Shown here piece by piece: positions 48,721 through 61,762 of a stretch of 64,000 bases of DNA. How positions within the stretch are numbered: the stretch's first letter is position 1; every line of letters starts with the position of its first letter. Source of the stretch: Phoronis australis. Lineage: Eukaryota; Animalia; Phoronida. The notes below the pieces were generated by a model. That model worked only from the letters and a program-made list of their open reading frames with translations, was not told where the DNA came from and did not search any database. The position numbers and the translations under genes are program-made. Location of the stretch: NCBI GenBank assembly GCA_002633005.1, contig NMRA01000148.1, positions 372,001-436,000 on the forward strand, in the 5' to 3' direction.

Positions 48721-51700
48721 CAATTAGGAATGGTAACTGCTAATGCTAAAAAAAAACTTATCTGCAAACTTAACTTGAGCAGTTGGAGTAATGAAAGTAC
48801 CGTTAATTTTAGGAATTTTTTGTAAATGTCTTTGCATGTGTAATTTTTTGTTCTTTATTAGGTTTTAAATGTATTTAGTTTTCAATCAGGACTGATAGCC
48901 CCAAGACCAGAACGAAGGCGTATATTGCCCAATTTCCATGTCAAAGTCTATTTTGGTGGTCCTTGGTTTTGAAAACCAGTTTCATCCTCTGAATGATTTT
49001 CAATGTTTCCTTTGGTTTTTATAGTCAAGGACCACCAATCTTTTTGACCTTCTTTCTTCTAAATTGTGGTCTACAGTGGGTGGAATCAATTCCATCGTCG
49101 CACCTCTAAACGTCCAGCTATAATCCTCAAATGCCGAATCCCTGACCAGCTGATGCCAAACATGTCGCAAAATGTCCATTACTGCAGGCCTAAGCTCCAC
49201 GCGCACTCCTAAACTACTCTGTACACAGTGACCATGACTATACTGCACAATGACTATACTGCACACCCAGGGACCATATTCTTCTCCCAGACCCCTGGAG
49301 TTCCTGGGTATGTTGTTTGATCACCAGGTATGCAGTATTTTCAACATATGTGTAGAGTTCAGAGGTTTTACTGTGAACTGTAGTCACACAATTTGTACCA
49401 CGGATGTAGTAGTGTTGGCTGGACTGGGACTTGGGACTTGGCTATTGTAGCTGGAACTCTGGAATTAAGAGGCAGAGCTATGGAATGTTTGTCACCCTGT
49501 ACTAGTCTAGGGACACAACCTAACATTCTGTTGCTGCATTGCTGATGACATCGTAAATTGGCATTGGTCAGCTTCACTGCTGTTAGTGAAATAGAATGTA
49601 GAAAACACCAACTAGTAGTTTACTTTAGTTTAATTGACCCTAGTTTAATTGACATGATTGTCATCCATTGAAATTCAGCGCTGATACAGCTCAGGTCAAT
49701 GTGCAAGTTAAACTAGTAAACCTAATCTTTTATGCCAGCCTCTTTTCAAAACAAAATACCACCTGCACATGCATCTGTTTGGGAAATATTGAGTAATTCT
49801 ATGGGACAAGTTAAATAGCTTGTGAGTAAAGGTAAAACTGAATGATATATTTATGTGTTCAGTTTAAGAAATCAAAATATGTTTGAACAATACACGGTAG
49901 GTGTATAAGAAACACAAAACATTCAGGGGAGAGCGTGATTAGGTGGTTGGGTCTACATACGAGCATTATAATTGTGAACAGGCAATGCTGTCCCGTGTCT
50001 TTACCAATTTTTCACATGGGAGTATTAGTTTTGTCCAGCTTAGACAGGAAAATTTTCCAGGTCGATTCTTTCAATCTCAAAAAATTCCATTTCGAAATTT
50101 GAACTTTTTTATCCAAATCCAGTACTGTATTTATATGATAACTTTTGACACAGAAAAAGTTGATGCGATACATGATCTGTGTTGGTTTTTGTTTAAACTA
50201 CACAATCATGTCTAACAGCCTAGTGGACATGATCCTTGCATTGCATCAAATATTGGCGAGAATTTGATAATTTAAAAGTGATAGCATGGTATGCAAATCG
50301 AGTCCATCGATACTTTAAAGTGAAACTTGCACGCTAATTCTTTATAGATCTTTGTGATTGCTTGGTCAAATAAGTTAGGAACACTACATATAGCGATGAT
50401 GTGAATATGAAGTAGGTTGAAAATTGCCAAATGGTTTGAAGAACTCGATCTTGTCTAGTAAGTATCGTGATGTGGTGTTGGGGAATAACACTGCATGATA
50501 CTGGCTAAGTGAACCCCCAAGGTACGTCATTAGTGCAAAGGTCACCTATTTACAGAAGTTTTTTTGTTTTCACATTTACAAGTTGTCAGTGAATACAACT
50601 GCACTTTGTTTAGCGTATATGATGTTAAAATAGCATTGTCATTTAGTTGCCGGCGCAACTTCCCTCTATACATTAGCATAGTTAGGAGCATGCAAATACA
50701 TCTTTAACAGCAAGACTTCCTACGGATGACTCGATTTCTTCTAGTTTGAAGTCGGCAACTTCAGCATGACCTAATTAGTCGTACACAGGCCTTAAATGAA
50801 TGCAATTTGTCAATACTGCAGACTCATTTCCCATAGATTCACTCAATTGATATCCATCACGAATCTGATCTTCACCTTAGTTTAAATTACGAATGGGGAC
50901 AACTGAAATAGATTTTGTTGTTTATGTCATCTTTAAATGTTTTTCATGAGAATATAGAATGTCACTCTCATTACTTGGTGTAGTGCAAGCTGGTTCTGGT
51001 AATGAGTACAAGATCTGGGTGCTGAAAGATTTCTGTTGAACTAGTGAGTCCAAGTTTGGTTTCAGCAATCATCGAAGGTGTTTTGATAATCAACAGAGGT
51101 GTTTTCTTTCACTGGCTCATCGCATAAACCTGTGCAATTATCTACCAAGTTTTACCCATGACCTGATTTAGATAATGTGGTATAGATACACTTTGAGCTT
51201 GACTTATTAGGACAGCTTTCTGCAAGCAGCATGTGTGGATGCAATGTACTTCGTGAACTCTCTGTGAGAATGTACTTGAAGTAGATGGAGAAATAACAAA
51301 GTGAAGTAATTCATCTTATGTTATTTTTTCAGCCCCCCCCCTCACAGTTACAGTTCTAACATGTGACGAGTACAGTCGCACCGCTCATTTGTTTGGGAAT
51401 ATCCAGAAAGTCATCGCTAAATGTAAGTAACTGTTTCGTGGTTTACCTGTTTACACAATTTGTTATGTTGTGTTGAAACTTGAATGTATTTGAATTAAAG
51501 TTACGAGGATGTTTGACCTTAGATTTTTACATTTCTTCGTATGATATTGGCCTTGCTTTGCATTTCCTGGTATTGAGCATTTAAATTCATTTGATGTAAA
51601 GTAAATCTTCATTGTGCAGAAAATTGGTCAGTAATCTGAAACATAAGAATCCTTTTATGTTAAATTTCTCATCAAAAACAAGTGACCGAATGTTTTACTT

Positions 51701-51826
51701 CAGTATCAACTGTACATTAGTTATCTACCAACAAGTGGTGAGAGTCATTGCAATGATTGTCCAAAAATGGAATTTCACAATTGCGGTAATAATTTTCAGT
51801 CAAATATGAAGAAATTTAAGTGTATT

Positions 51827-52253
51827 AAGCCACATTTACTTGGGAGACAGATGTCATGTAGCAACTAACGCGGAACAGCTGATGGGTGCAAGTGTGTGTG
51901 TAAACAAGTTGCCATCACGGTGTCCATTTTTGACACCGGTTTGAGAAGTAGAGCGAGTTGCACTCGATCAGTTGCTCCAGTTTCAACTACACGACTAAAC
52001 ACAGCCGGGGCAGGGCGGAAAAGGATCGTCTTGCAATACGCTTGCACAATAATGTTTATACGGGTTATCCGTTGGCATTCCACATAGTTTGGACTTTCGC
52101 TGTTGTTCACGCGAGCACGCGCAGACAGTCTTGGTGTAAGTGAGGCATGCTGAACCAGTTTGCGATCTAATGTTGGTAAATGCGACTGAAATGGAACAAA
52201 TTGCGCCGTGACCACTGACACAGTGACAACCGTCTCTCGTGTGAAATTGGCTT
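51827..52253. mobile_element. Old MITE-like element with degenerate TIRs
   Basis: agccacatttacttgggagacagatgtca pairs imperfectly with tgacaaccgtctctcgtgtgaaattggct. CpG-rich interior. Confidence 0.4.
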
Positions 52254-53173
52254 TAGAAATTACATTTTAGGCAATACTTCATTTAAGCACCCTTGTCACC
52301 TCAAGTCAGATGTAAATTTCCTTGACCTCGTGAACAGCTTCCCTTTATATGTGTTATGGAATATGAAGAACACTCTAAAATTAAACTGATTGGATCATCA
52401 GGTCTGCTTGGTCAACTTGAAAACTCATTTGTTTTTCATCGATATGCTCGTTTTCGCAATAGCAGTGTTTGTTAGGTAACAAAATCTCCCTTTTCTGATT
52501 GAAAAATCTACATATCTATTTACGTGATTGTAAAGTTATAAATCAGTGTGTTGATATAATAAAAATAAGATTTCTTATACATCATATGTTGACCATGTGG
52601 CATGACCTATATAATAGTTTTGTAAGTCTTAAAGATCTCTGTCTCCACCAGGGCTCCAACCCAGCTTTTACTGTGTCTCCATGGTTAGCAGAAAATACTG
52701 GGTTCCATCCCCATTCTATCACATTTCTCTACAAGTGTCTTATTACCAGCATGGTTTGTAGTGTATATATCTCATAAACAACATTTGACGAAACTTCCAT
52801 TATTTGAAACTCCCATTATTTACCTTTTAAAAATGGAAAAACGACAGATTTGGCAATTACTTTGTGAAATTGGTGGAGAATTATCATACTCAAAAAGTGT
52901 GTGAGTATAGGAGTAGAGGTGGGCCAAACATGAGCTGTAAAGTGGCTGTGAACAGGATTTATGTGTTTTCAGATACTTTATATGCTTTTTGCACTGTTTC
53001 CAAAATATTGCTAGGAATTTCGCACTTTTGCATGAGAGCTATAAAACCAGACTTGTGATTTTTACGAAACAGTCTAAAAATGCATGAAACTAAATAATTT
53101 AGAAAGCTGTAATGGGGTATTCGAGATTTCTTCTTGAACATTTATATCAAATAATATTTTATCACATTATTAA

Positions 53174-54562
53174 GGATATCTCCAACCTTATTCACAAAAA
53201 TTAGCCATTTTTACAATATTTTGTTTGTGTCTACCAAAATACCTTATCTACATTCTCGGGGAACTTCAAATACAAAATTTATACCGCGTAGCGAGAAAAA
53301 AAAGATTTTGCAGAACCACCTTGGAACCGCACAACCACGTGGATTTGTGTTTACTACTTATCCAAGGTCAAAGGTTAAAGGGCTTTCAATTAAATCGAAT
53401 CTCCCGCCAGGTACAGAACAGCTTCGTATACCCTCAGTCCTTTCATTCACAAAGTCGCCATAACATTGAGTCAATGAGGTGTACTTATAATAGAATGGCA
53501 CCAGGGAAAACAGACAAAACGTAGTTTTGATCCTGAGGGAGTTGTGCATCTACATGCACCCGACTGTTGGCGTTAAAAACGAATGCTACGAGTCGCCTCA
53601 GGCCTCTGTGATCATGAACACAGAAAGTTGTGAAAAGAGATAAATCCTCACCCTAATTCCTAATTGATAAATTGACATTTCGATGTTTTGATCTCATGCT
53701 AACGATATACTTTAACCACCGTTTCGATTTTTGTAATCCATTTCTTACTTGGTTTCGTATCAGTCTCCTAGCACGTGACGTATATAGGCTATGAATTGTG
53801 ACCTACTTAGACAGTAGGTCGTAAATACCAGTAAAAGTTGGCTGGGAACAATACGTTTTTATGATAATTAAGTTAGTTACGCACTGCAAAATCAGTTGAC
53901 ATTGCGAGTGAACATTGAAATAGCTAACATAGTTCAGGATTGTATAGGTTAGGTTACCGAAAACAAGTTTTCACTGAATAATTAATCGAAGACTTTGAGA
54001 TTTTCACTTGTCCCAGTTTAATCGGCTTTTTCTCAGCTTTGGCAAATCAACTTTATTTGAACTTACGAACAGTAGTTCTCGAAAACGGCTTCATGGATTT
54101 TGCTGAAACTTAACAAACTTAATATTTAGTCATCAATCTCAAAAATGCTATTAGGATTTTTGATATAAAGACCTAGTTTGTGCGTAATGTGACAAAGATG
54201 AACAACGACTTCAATTTTTTACAAACGTTTTGCGAGTTAATTTGTCATAGAAAGCAAACGAATAGACTACTCGAAAATTCCTAACAGCAATTTTGAGGTA
54301 ACTGGTGAAGTTTTCATTTAAAAAAGTTTCATTAAAATCGACCGAGGGGTTATTTTGCTATGAATGTACCTTTCTTAAAAATGAAATTTTGACTTGAAAA
54401 AGTTTTTATGTAAAAATAATAACGGAACATAAATACAAAAAGTATATTTATATTTCCTGGTCTTTGTTCTTTCAGAAAATTTTTACTTTTACTAGTTGAC
54501 AAAGCTTATTTTTTTGATATACGAGTTAGAATGGAGGCCACTAAATAAGGTTGGAGATAACC
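53174..54562. mobile_element. TTAA-type (Kolobok-like) non-autonomous DNA transposon
   Basis: TTAA|GGATATCTCCAACCTTATT ... AATAAGGTTGGAGATAACC|TTAA: 19-bp TIR with one mismatch and a TTAA TSD. Confidence 0.85.
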
Positions 54563-57500
54563 TTAACACTAAATATTACTAAGAGAACATGGTCACTTGA
54601 CCCTATTGATGACTGATTGCTTAAAAGTCGAAAATCAAATTTTACATGCTTTCTACTTTCAGAAAATATGTACTTTTATCATGCTAAAATCAACAGTTGA
54701 GTACATATTTGGCTAAATACATAGATTTGTGGATAAGGTCCTAGGTAACCTTAAATTAACCAAACTCTAAAGATTTATCTGTACTGTCTAGCTATGTATC
54801 CTTTATTACCGATAGACATAGCCATAGGGTAATGTATGCTAGTATAGCAATATAGAGTTGGGAGGAACAGGATTTGTGAAGTTGCAAATACGAGGTCATG
54901 CCATGTTGTGAGCATATGTTTTTATATATACCAAATGTACCATGTGATCTTGACCTACATAACTGCAAGTTGGTAAAACTTTCTGTTATTTTGATAATCA
55001 GGGCTAATATTTCATAGTGTTGCACTGAAGGGAATCTTAACAAAGGGTACATATACTGGAATTGCATACATCTCCCTTGTAATGCTGAAGGGTAAAATAA
55101 AGTATCTGCACTATGAAGACTGCAGGGCACTACGCCTGTTATTTCTTACGTTATCTGTAATTTTTCACAAAATTTTCAATTTTAGCTTGACCTAATTAGC
55201 TCTGTGTGGTTCTTCAAGTTTTGTAAAAAGTGCTGTCATCGTGGAAACAATTATAATTCATCCGTTATGATAGAGGGTCATAAGTCATTTTTGCCACTAC
55301 TTTTCACAGTTTTTTGCTCATACGAGCTAAAGTTGTCAATCAAGGAAAAAAGAAACTGAATAATACAACAAACAACTTGCATTGTACTGTTATTTTTACC
55401 TCTAGTTCCATGAATTGCATTTGAATGAGGAAAAGTTGTTCTAGCTCAAGGCAATGAAGCCATCTTCCAAGTTTAAGGCTCAGTATATAGTTTTTTTGAA
55501 GGGAATAAATAGCTGCTTTGAAACCTCGTAAATCTATTCTGTATTCTGTTGTAAACCATGTCACTAGGTGATGATGGTATATTTGATGGATAACATTTAG
55601 CGTTACCTGCAATTCACCTATGATTTTGACATTATAGGGAGTTATTAGCAGATTTCACGTTTTTTTGTAAACTCTTTGTTGCACTGTCACAAGATGTCCA
55701 AAGGGGCATTTCATCTTCGGCCCATCTTGCACCCTAAACAGTTGTATATCAGATGTTTACTGTTGCTTTGAAATCACCAGTCTTATTCCATGCCTCATAT
55801 GTCACGTCTTGTTTGGTGGTTACATATTGCACAATGTGTGTCACCTGATAGTAGTCTGTAGAGGCTTATGTAAACCTGGGATCGGCTGACCTCTGAAGGT
55901 GACACTGTATTATTTTTGGTGGGGATGCCAGTGGGGACTCTGAAAGTGGCACATTCCTGGCAGCCTCATATGGTGGCTGTGGATGGCATGTGACTGAGAT
56001 GGATAGCGTGCAATGATTTGTTTACCTCAGTTTTGCCTGGTCTGAGTTTGACATACTAACTTGTACTTTACATTTTGTTTATTGGGGGCATGTTACTGTA
56101 AGGAGCTAATTTGCACATGATTCATGATGGTAAAATCTAGAACTCAAAATGGTGAACAAGTGATTTTTGGTTTCTCATTTTTCCATACAAGAATATAGCT
56201 TTAAGTTAATGCTCAAGTCTAAGTTCTGTACCACGTCTACCATCAGCAAATATTTTGAAAAATTGTTGGCATTCGTTGTAATGTTAGGAGACCTTGAACC
56301 AAGGAGTGTACATAGAATAGGACAGTTCATTCTGTCATCTTGCCATTCGCCGCAATGGTTATTGGTCGAAAAATTAGTGCCCCAAGTGGCGAATAAGCAA
56401 CACTAATTTAGCGGCGGAGTCCGAAACATGTAAATACTGATAAATTCATAATGACGTTTGACGTGCAATAAAATTACTGTGTGATTGAAAATGGGTGAAA
56501 TACGTAAAATAACATCCACTTAGAATGGAATGAGAATGAAAATGTATGTCTTAATCAATATTAAAGTGTATTTGCTTTCATTCTGTTGAATCTCCCTCCA
56601 AAAGCCATCATAGTTTTGTTTCATGTTCGAGTTCTTAGTAAGGCAAATTACCATTCCCTACAACATTTCATACCTTCATGGACTACATAATTTTAGTGAT
56701 TGCTCCTGGGGGTTCACAGGGACGACTCCAGCATTTCGAGTAAGGGAGGAGGGCCAGAGCAGCGTATTGGCCACTATTTTGCCTGTCTGACATTCACACC
56801 CCCGAACTGCCAAATGGAAACTGGGAGAATTTTAGGGAGGCTTGGTCCTCCTCTAAATCCACCACTGGTTCAGGGGTGAGTTGCCCCCAAGTACAAGGGA
56901 GGAGTGCAAGCCAGGTGGGCGCCAAATGGGCATATGTTGACCCCCTCCCAGGAGGTACACGAGAGGAGTGCTAAACAGGTGAAAACCAATGGGGTATTTC
57001 ACATGAGTCAGGGTTTCCCTTGTGTGTAAACTTCTGGGTGGCCAGCCACACTCCTTTTTGGCCTAGCCACTCGTACATCATACTCAAATTGACCGCCACA
57101 CACATAATTGTGACAGGGAAACTTCACCGCCTTGCAAAAATCGCTAGTAAAAATGATGGTTAGTAAAAATGAATAAGTATAAGTCACACGGCACCTTTCG
57201 CCGTTTGTGGATCGAAAGGGAAAATTAATAATTTTACAATGGGATCTTGAATTGTGGACACTTCATTGCCAGTTTGTCTTGCGAAGTGTCCTTTACCCAG
57301 ATACTTACTCTACATGATGCTCGGGTTAGGGTCTTGTATATGATGAGCAAACTGCAACCAATTACATCTAATTTTCAAATTTTGCCTGGGGAAGGTCGTC
57401 CAACCCCCCCCCCCATGGGAGGATCTAACTTCATCCCATGCTCGCATGTGGCGCCGGGTTCCACATCCGCGTCGAGCATTCACCACCACGCTCCTTTCGA

Positions 57501-60500
57501 AACCCAGACAATAAGAGGATCCCACTTCTCATATTCTTGTGTGGCAATGGGCTTTGCACCCCGTTTTGGCCATTTATCACCACGCTCCTTTCCAAACCCA
57601 GGGGAAACACTGTGAGTGTTGAGCCCCTCTCATTGTCTCAAATTTTGGTTGTTCTCCTGACCATTGACAACATGTGTTGAGGTGGTGATAAGATTTGGCC
57701 CTCGTTTTGTGCATGACCCCCAAGGACTTTTGCTTGTAATGACTGGTGGCAATCAAGTCCCAGTACCATCCTGGGTATTTCCAACTTTTCATTACAAAGT
57801 GTTCTCAGGTCACTGCTCATTTCATGTCCACCCAACAATTTTGAATGTGTTCCCTACTGAATACTCCTGGCTGCTACCAGCGCAGACAATTGGTTTGTGC
57901 AGTAGGTGTAACACAAGTAAGAAGAAGAAAGCTAGACAATTAATCACTACCACAACACTGTATTCCATTCTGATGCTCCCTCACACATATTTTTAGTAAA
58001 CCTACATTGACAACAAAGTATCTGCAGAAGGCAGAGCATAGTCTGTGCAGTAGCCTACACTGTAGACGACAGCGGCACCAGGACTGCGATCGACTGAACA
58101 GAACACACAAAATGAAAGACAATGTATCATATTATTAAATAACAAATAATCCTTACCTTACCTAGAAAACGTAAAAATTGACACGTCTGGGGTTTTCGTG
58201 GATGAATTGGCGCAAGTTATTGCACTGCAAAATGCACCCTTCCCCATTGTTCTTACGCTTCCTACTTGACCGTTGCTTGTTCACCATTTGGTGGCGCTAG
58301 TTGTAGCGATAACAGTGTATTCACAAATGAACTCTCCTATTGTGCTACACTCCTTGTTTGAACTATGAAAAAATGGTGTTCAAACTGGGTGTGATTTTAT
58401 TGTAATTTAAAGTTTTTGTGTACAACACACAGGAAGGAGACTTAAGATTATAAAACAAGTAGTTTGCAGTTAATAAAAATAGACCATATTGGTTAGGTGG
58501 TGTGGAACACTAAATAATCTATTTTTCAGGACCAGGACCTGAAATTGCCGTTTCATTTCAACTAAATAAAGACTTAGGTTATGTACTACTTGTGGTGTTG
58601 ATTAATCATCTGAAGATGTGCTTAAGTACTGAAACATTGATTCTAAAGTATTATGCCTACATTCTCTAAGATATTCCCACTAACCTACCCATGCCTGGTT
58701 GTACATTTAGTTTCTGGTGAGTGTGCTGTCTGACGAGCTGCCCGACAATCATAGCTAAGACCCTAGTCCTGTTTACAGTTTTTCTGTGATACCTGCATGC
58801 TGGTGCCAGTTTGCTTCCTTTTTACTAGTGTCAGGTGTATAATATTGCACAATTTTTACACTTTTAGATTATATTAAGGAGTGTGTTTATGTAATCAACC
58901 TGGCATATGTTTCACACAGGCAATATATGTCAGTTAGATATGTATTTTACACACCCCTCACCTAAACTAATGCAGGCTTCATATCTCTGTGGCTAAAGCC
59001 TTTTTCTTTTCCACCTACTCTTAGTTGTCTGAGATGTGTGTAGATCAGTAGGTAAAGTTCGTATTCTTTGATAAAAATCTCCTATTTGGTATAGGGAAAT
59101 TTATTTTTTTGCTCAAGGTAGAAAATTCAATTTTTGTAGGAGTTTCTGTGTCCCAAATTGTAGAGAATTTTTACCGTAATATATTTGTCCACTTAGCATT
59201 GTCTTGGGTTGCTCATTTCTAGTGCAAAATATTTGGCTTTGCGGTGAAGAGTAATTCGGTTGTCAAATTCAAAATGTTACTAACTGTGTTTTGAGTCTTG
59301 TACATGCTTCGCCATTGGCCAACTAACTTGTTTTGGCGCAATCTGCGGCATGGTCATTTGCAAGGAAATTATAAGAGTATTGGCAATCTTTAACTGTCTG
59401 ACTATCCCACTTCATAGTACCGTAAAAGTGGCTTGGTTGTGCGAGTTCTTGTTTAAAATGCCTAGGTAACCCTGCCGCAAAAGCATTTCAGGAAGCCCTA
59501 ATGTGCGATATTATTAATGATTGCTATTCTGTTCTTAATTAAACGTCAAGAACGCATGAGTTTACAACACATTAATTATATATTAATAAAAGCAGAGGTG
59601 AGCGGAGTGGAATTGCTGGCTTCCAGACTCTGCAAAGAGTAATATTGGTTCATTTATCAATGAGGACGGAGCTTAAAATTTTGCTAAATTAACTGGCAAT
59701 GTAAAACCTAATGTGAGGTTACAAGAATGAAATAGTGATACAAAGTTGCCCTTTTCTGTTCTAAGGTCTTCATACATTGTTGTGAGGGTCCAGAAGTTTT
59801 CGAAATTTTGTTTGTTGGATAGCGGTAGGATACAAATCTTGAACATTGTAAAGCGTTGGGTGCTTTAGTATTGTCTTTGTTATAGTTACCTGTGTACAAT
59901 GTATGAAGAGTATAAACAAAGAATTAAAATGATACAAACCCAGCCTCATAATGGACATTAAGCATTTAAAGCACAAAAGGGAAGAAATTATTCAAAATAT
60001 GTGCATAAGATGACAGAATACTAAAAAGTCGATGCAGATCTCTTCACTAGCAGACTAAGTTCAAAAGCATTTTTGTATGCTGTCTGTTGAACAACTTGTT
60101 TTCCTTGTAAAATCTTGTATTTTCTCTCACAATCCTTAACAAGAACATTGGGACATTTCATCCCAATTTTAGAATAAAAGTTGTTTCTTTGACATGTTAG
60201 AAAGTGACATAAAGTTTCTACATGGCCCGTCTTATTTCGTATTAAAAATGAGATAATAAAATTTCAGCTGCCGGCCATGTTGTGTCCTAAATTGGTGAAA
60301 TATTTCTGTAATCGGGATCTGATGTGGTGTGTGCCAGCTCGCATAATGAGGTCTTGGGTTGTTGATAGCAACTTAGCTGTCAACTCCTCCTCAAATGTGA
60401 CTTCAAATTTTTGTTTTTCAATTCGCCAAAAGGAGGGGGACCTGAAGTTCAATGAATTTCCACGGTTTATTATGTTTTCTTTTTACAATTTTGAACATAA

Positions 60501-61170
60501 CCAGACATATTACGCACTGAAATATAAATGTACATTCTCTTAGTGCAATAATGTTATAAAAGTCGTGGCAGTACAAATCTTCAGTCCAATCAAAATTGGG
60601 ACAAATCTCATTTACTATCATTAGTGGCCAATCATGCCTTCTGACATCCAATTTGAATATGGTAATGAGTAAAACAAGTCCATGACTTGGATTGTGCCAT
60701 CTTGGCATTTTAAATAATACTGGCTTAGGTAAATTTTTGTTCAGAAGTGCCAGTTTCAGCTCACTGTAGTCCATTTCAAGTTGATCCTAAATACTTTGAT
60801 AACCTCAACTTTATGCGACCTCAGGTTGCCAGTTGCCACTTCAAAGCTAGTAACTTAAAGAAGTCAACCCCACCCAGCAATGATCCCAAAAATGCGTTGT
60901 TCGGCTGTCAAACTGACCATGTCCCTTGTATAAGAATGCGACAGTATCAGCAGCTGGTGTCAATATCCTGATCTTCTAGTTCACTTGTGTATCACTTTCA
61001 TTGCAAAATCAACATCTCACTGCAGAGATTGATGGTTTCTCCCCTTGAGTGTGATCATGCAAAACGAGATAGGTAAATAGACATTAGTATTCTGATGGAA
61101 TAGTTTGTCCTGGCTTGTGTTGTTAATACACCTCTTGTTACTTGTTTCAGTGTTTCGCTGAACATCGTTC

Positions 61171-61762
61171 ATGATGGGGGAAGGGGGAGCCCAGTACTCC
61201 CAATTAGAGGTGACGAGTAAGTACTTAGTAATTAGTCACCAATAAATAGTTAGTAATTAGTCACTGGTTTGTTTTTATAAACTTGAATGTCATTGGCATT
61301 TATCCGAATATAACTATACCTTTTTGATGCTGGATTTTTAGTTGTACCAAAATCTGCTTAGCAATGCTAGAATTGTTGCTTGCATAGTCGTATCTTGTGT
61401 CAGTAAAACAAAAACCTTATGAAGAAATTAAATAAAACTGGTAAGTGCTCAATTGATATTCTGATGCCTGTAATTTAGTTTGTTGGAAGTCTTATGTTTT
61501 TTTTTCTGTCTTGAAATCGCTTCTTTGGAAGTACAGTTGACAATTCATCCATTCACGATTTATGACCGCATGAAGTGGATGGTCACATGTCTATTTCATT
61601 TGTATTGCCTACAGTTGCTTCGGCCAAACTGAATGTCCCTGGTGGACTGTTTACATCCAAAGCTGACCCCTACCTGGAAGTGAGCATTGACGGTCAGCCG
61701 CCACGCAAGACAGAGGTCTGCCGCAAGACATGGAGCCCAGTGTGGGACGAACACTTCACTGT
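61171..61762 (+). CDS. NEDD4-family HECT E3 ligase of the WWP1/WWP2/ITCH/Su(dx) group, first coding exons 61171-61216 and 61615-61762 (C2 domain; continues past the right edge)
   Basis: MMGEGGAQYSQLEVT/IASAKLNVPGGLFTSKADPYLEVSIDGQPPRKTEVCRKTWSPVWDEHFTV resembles the ITCH/WWP C2 domain (SQL.IT..SAKL...PYVEV.VDG...KTE.C..T.SP.W). An acceptor at 61150 indicates upstream non-coding exon(s). Position head-to-head with NOB1 supports the call. WW and HECT domains are not visible in the window. Confidence 0.8.

Noticed and set aside
57247-58122. Cluster of overlapping short ORFs
   Set aside because: No domain signature or consistent splice structure; probably repeat-derived or non-coding.
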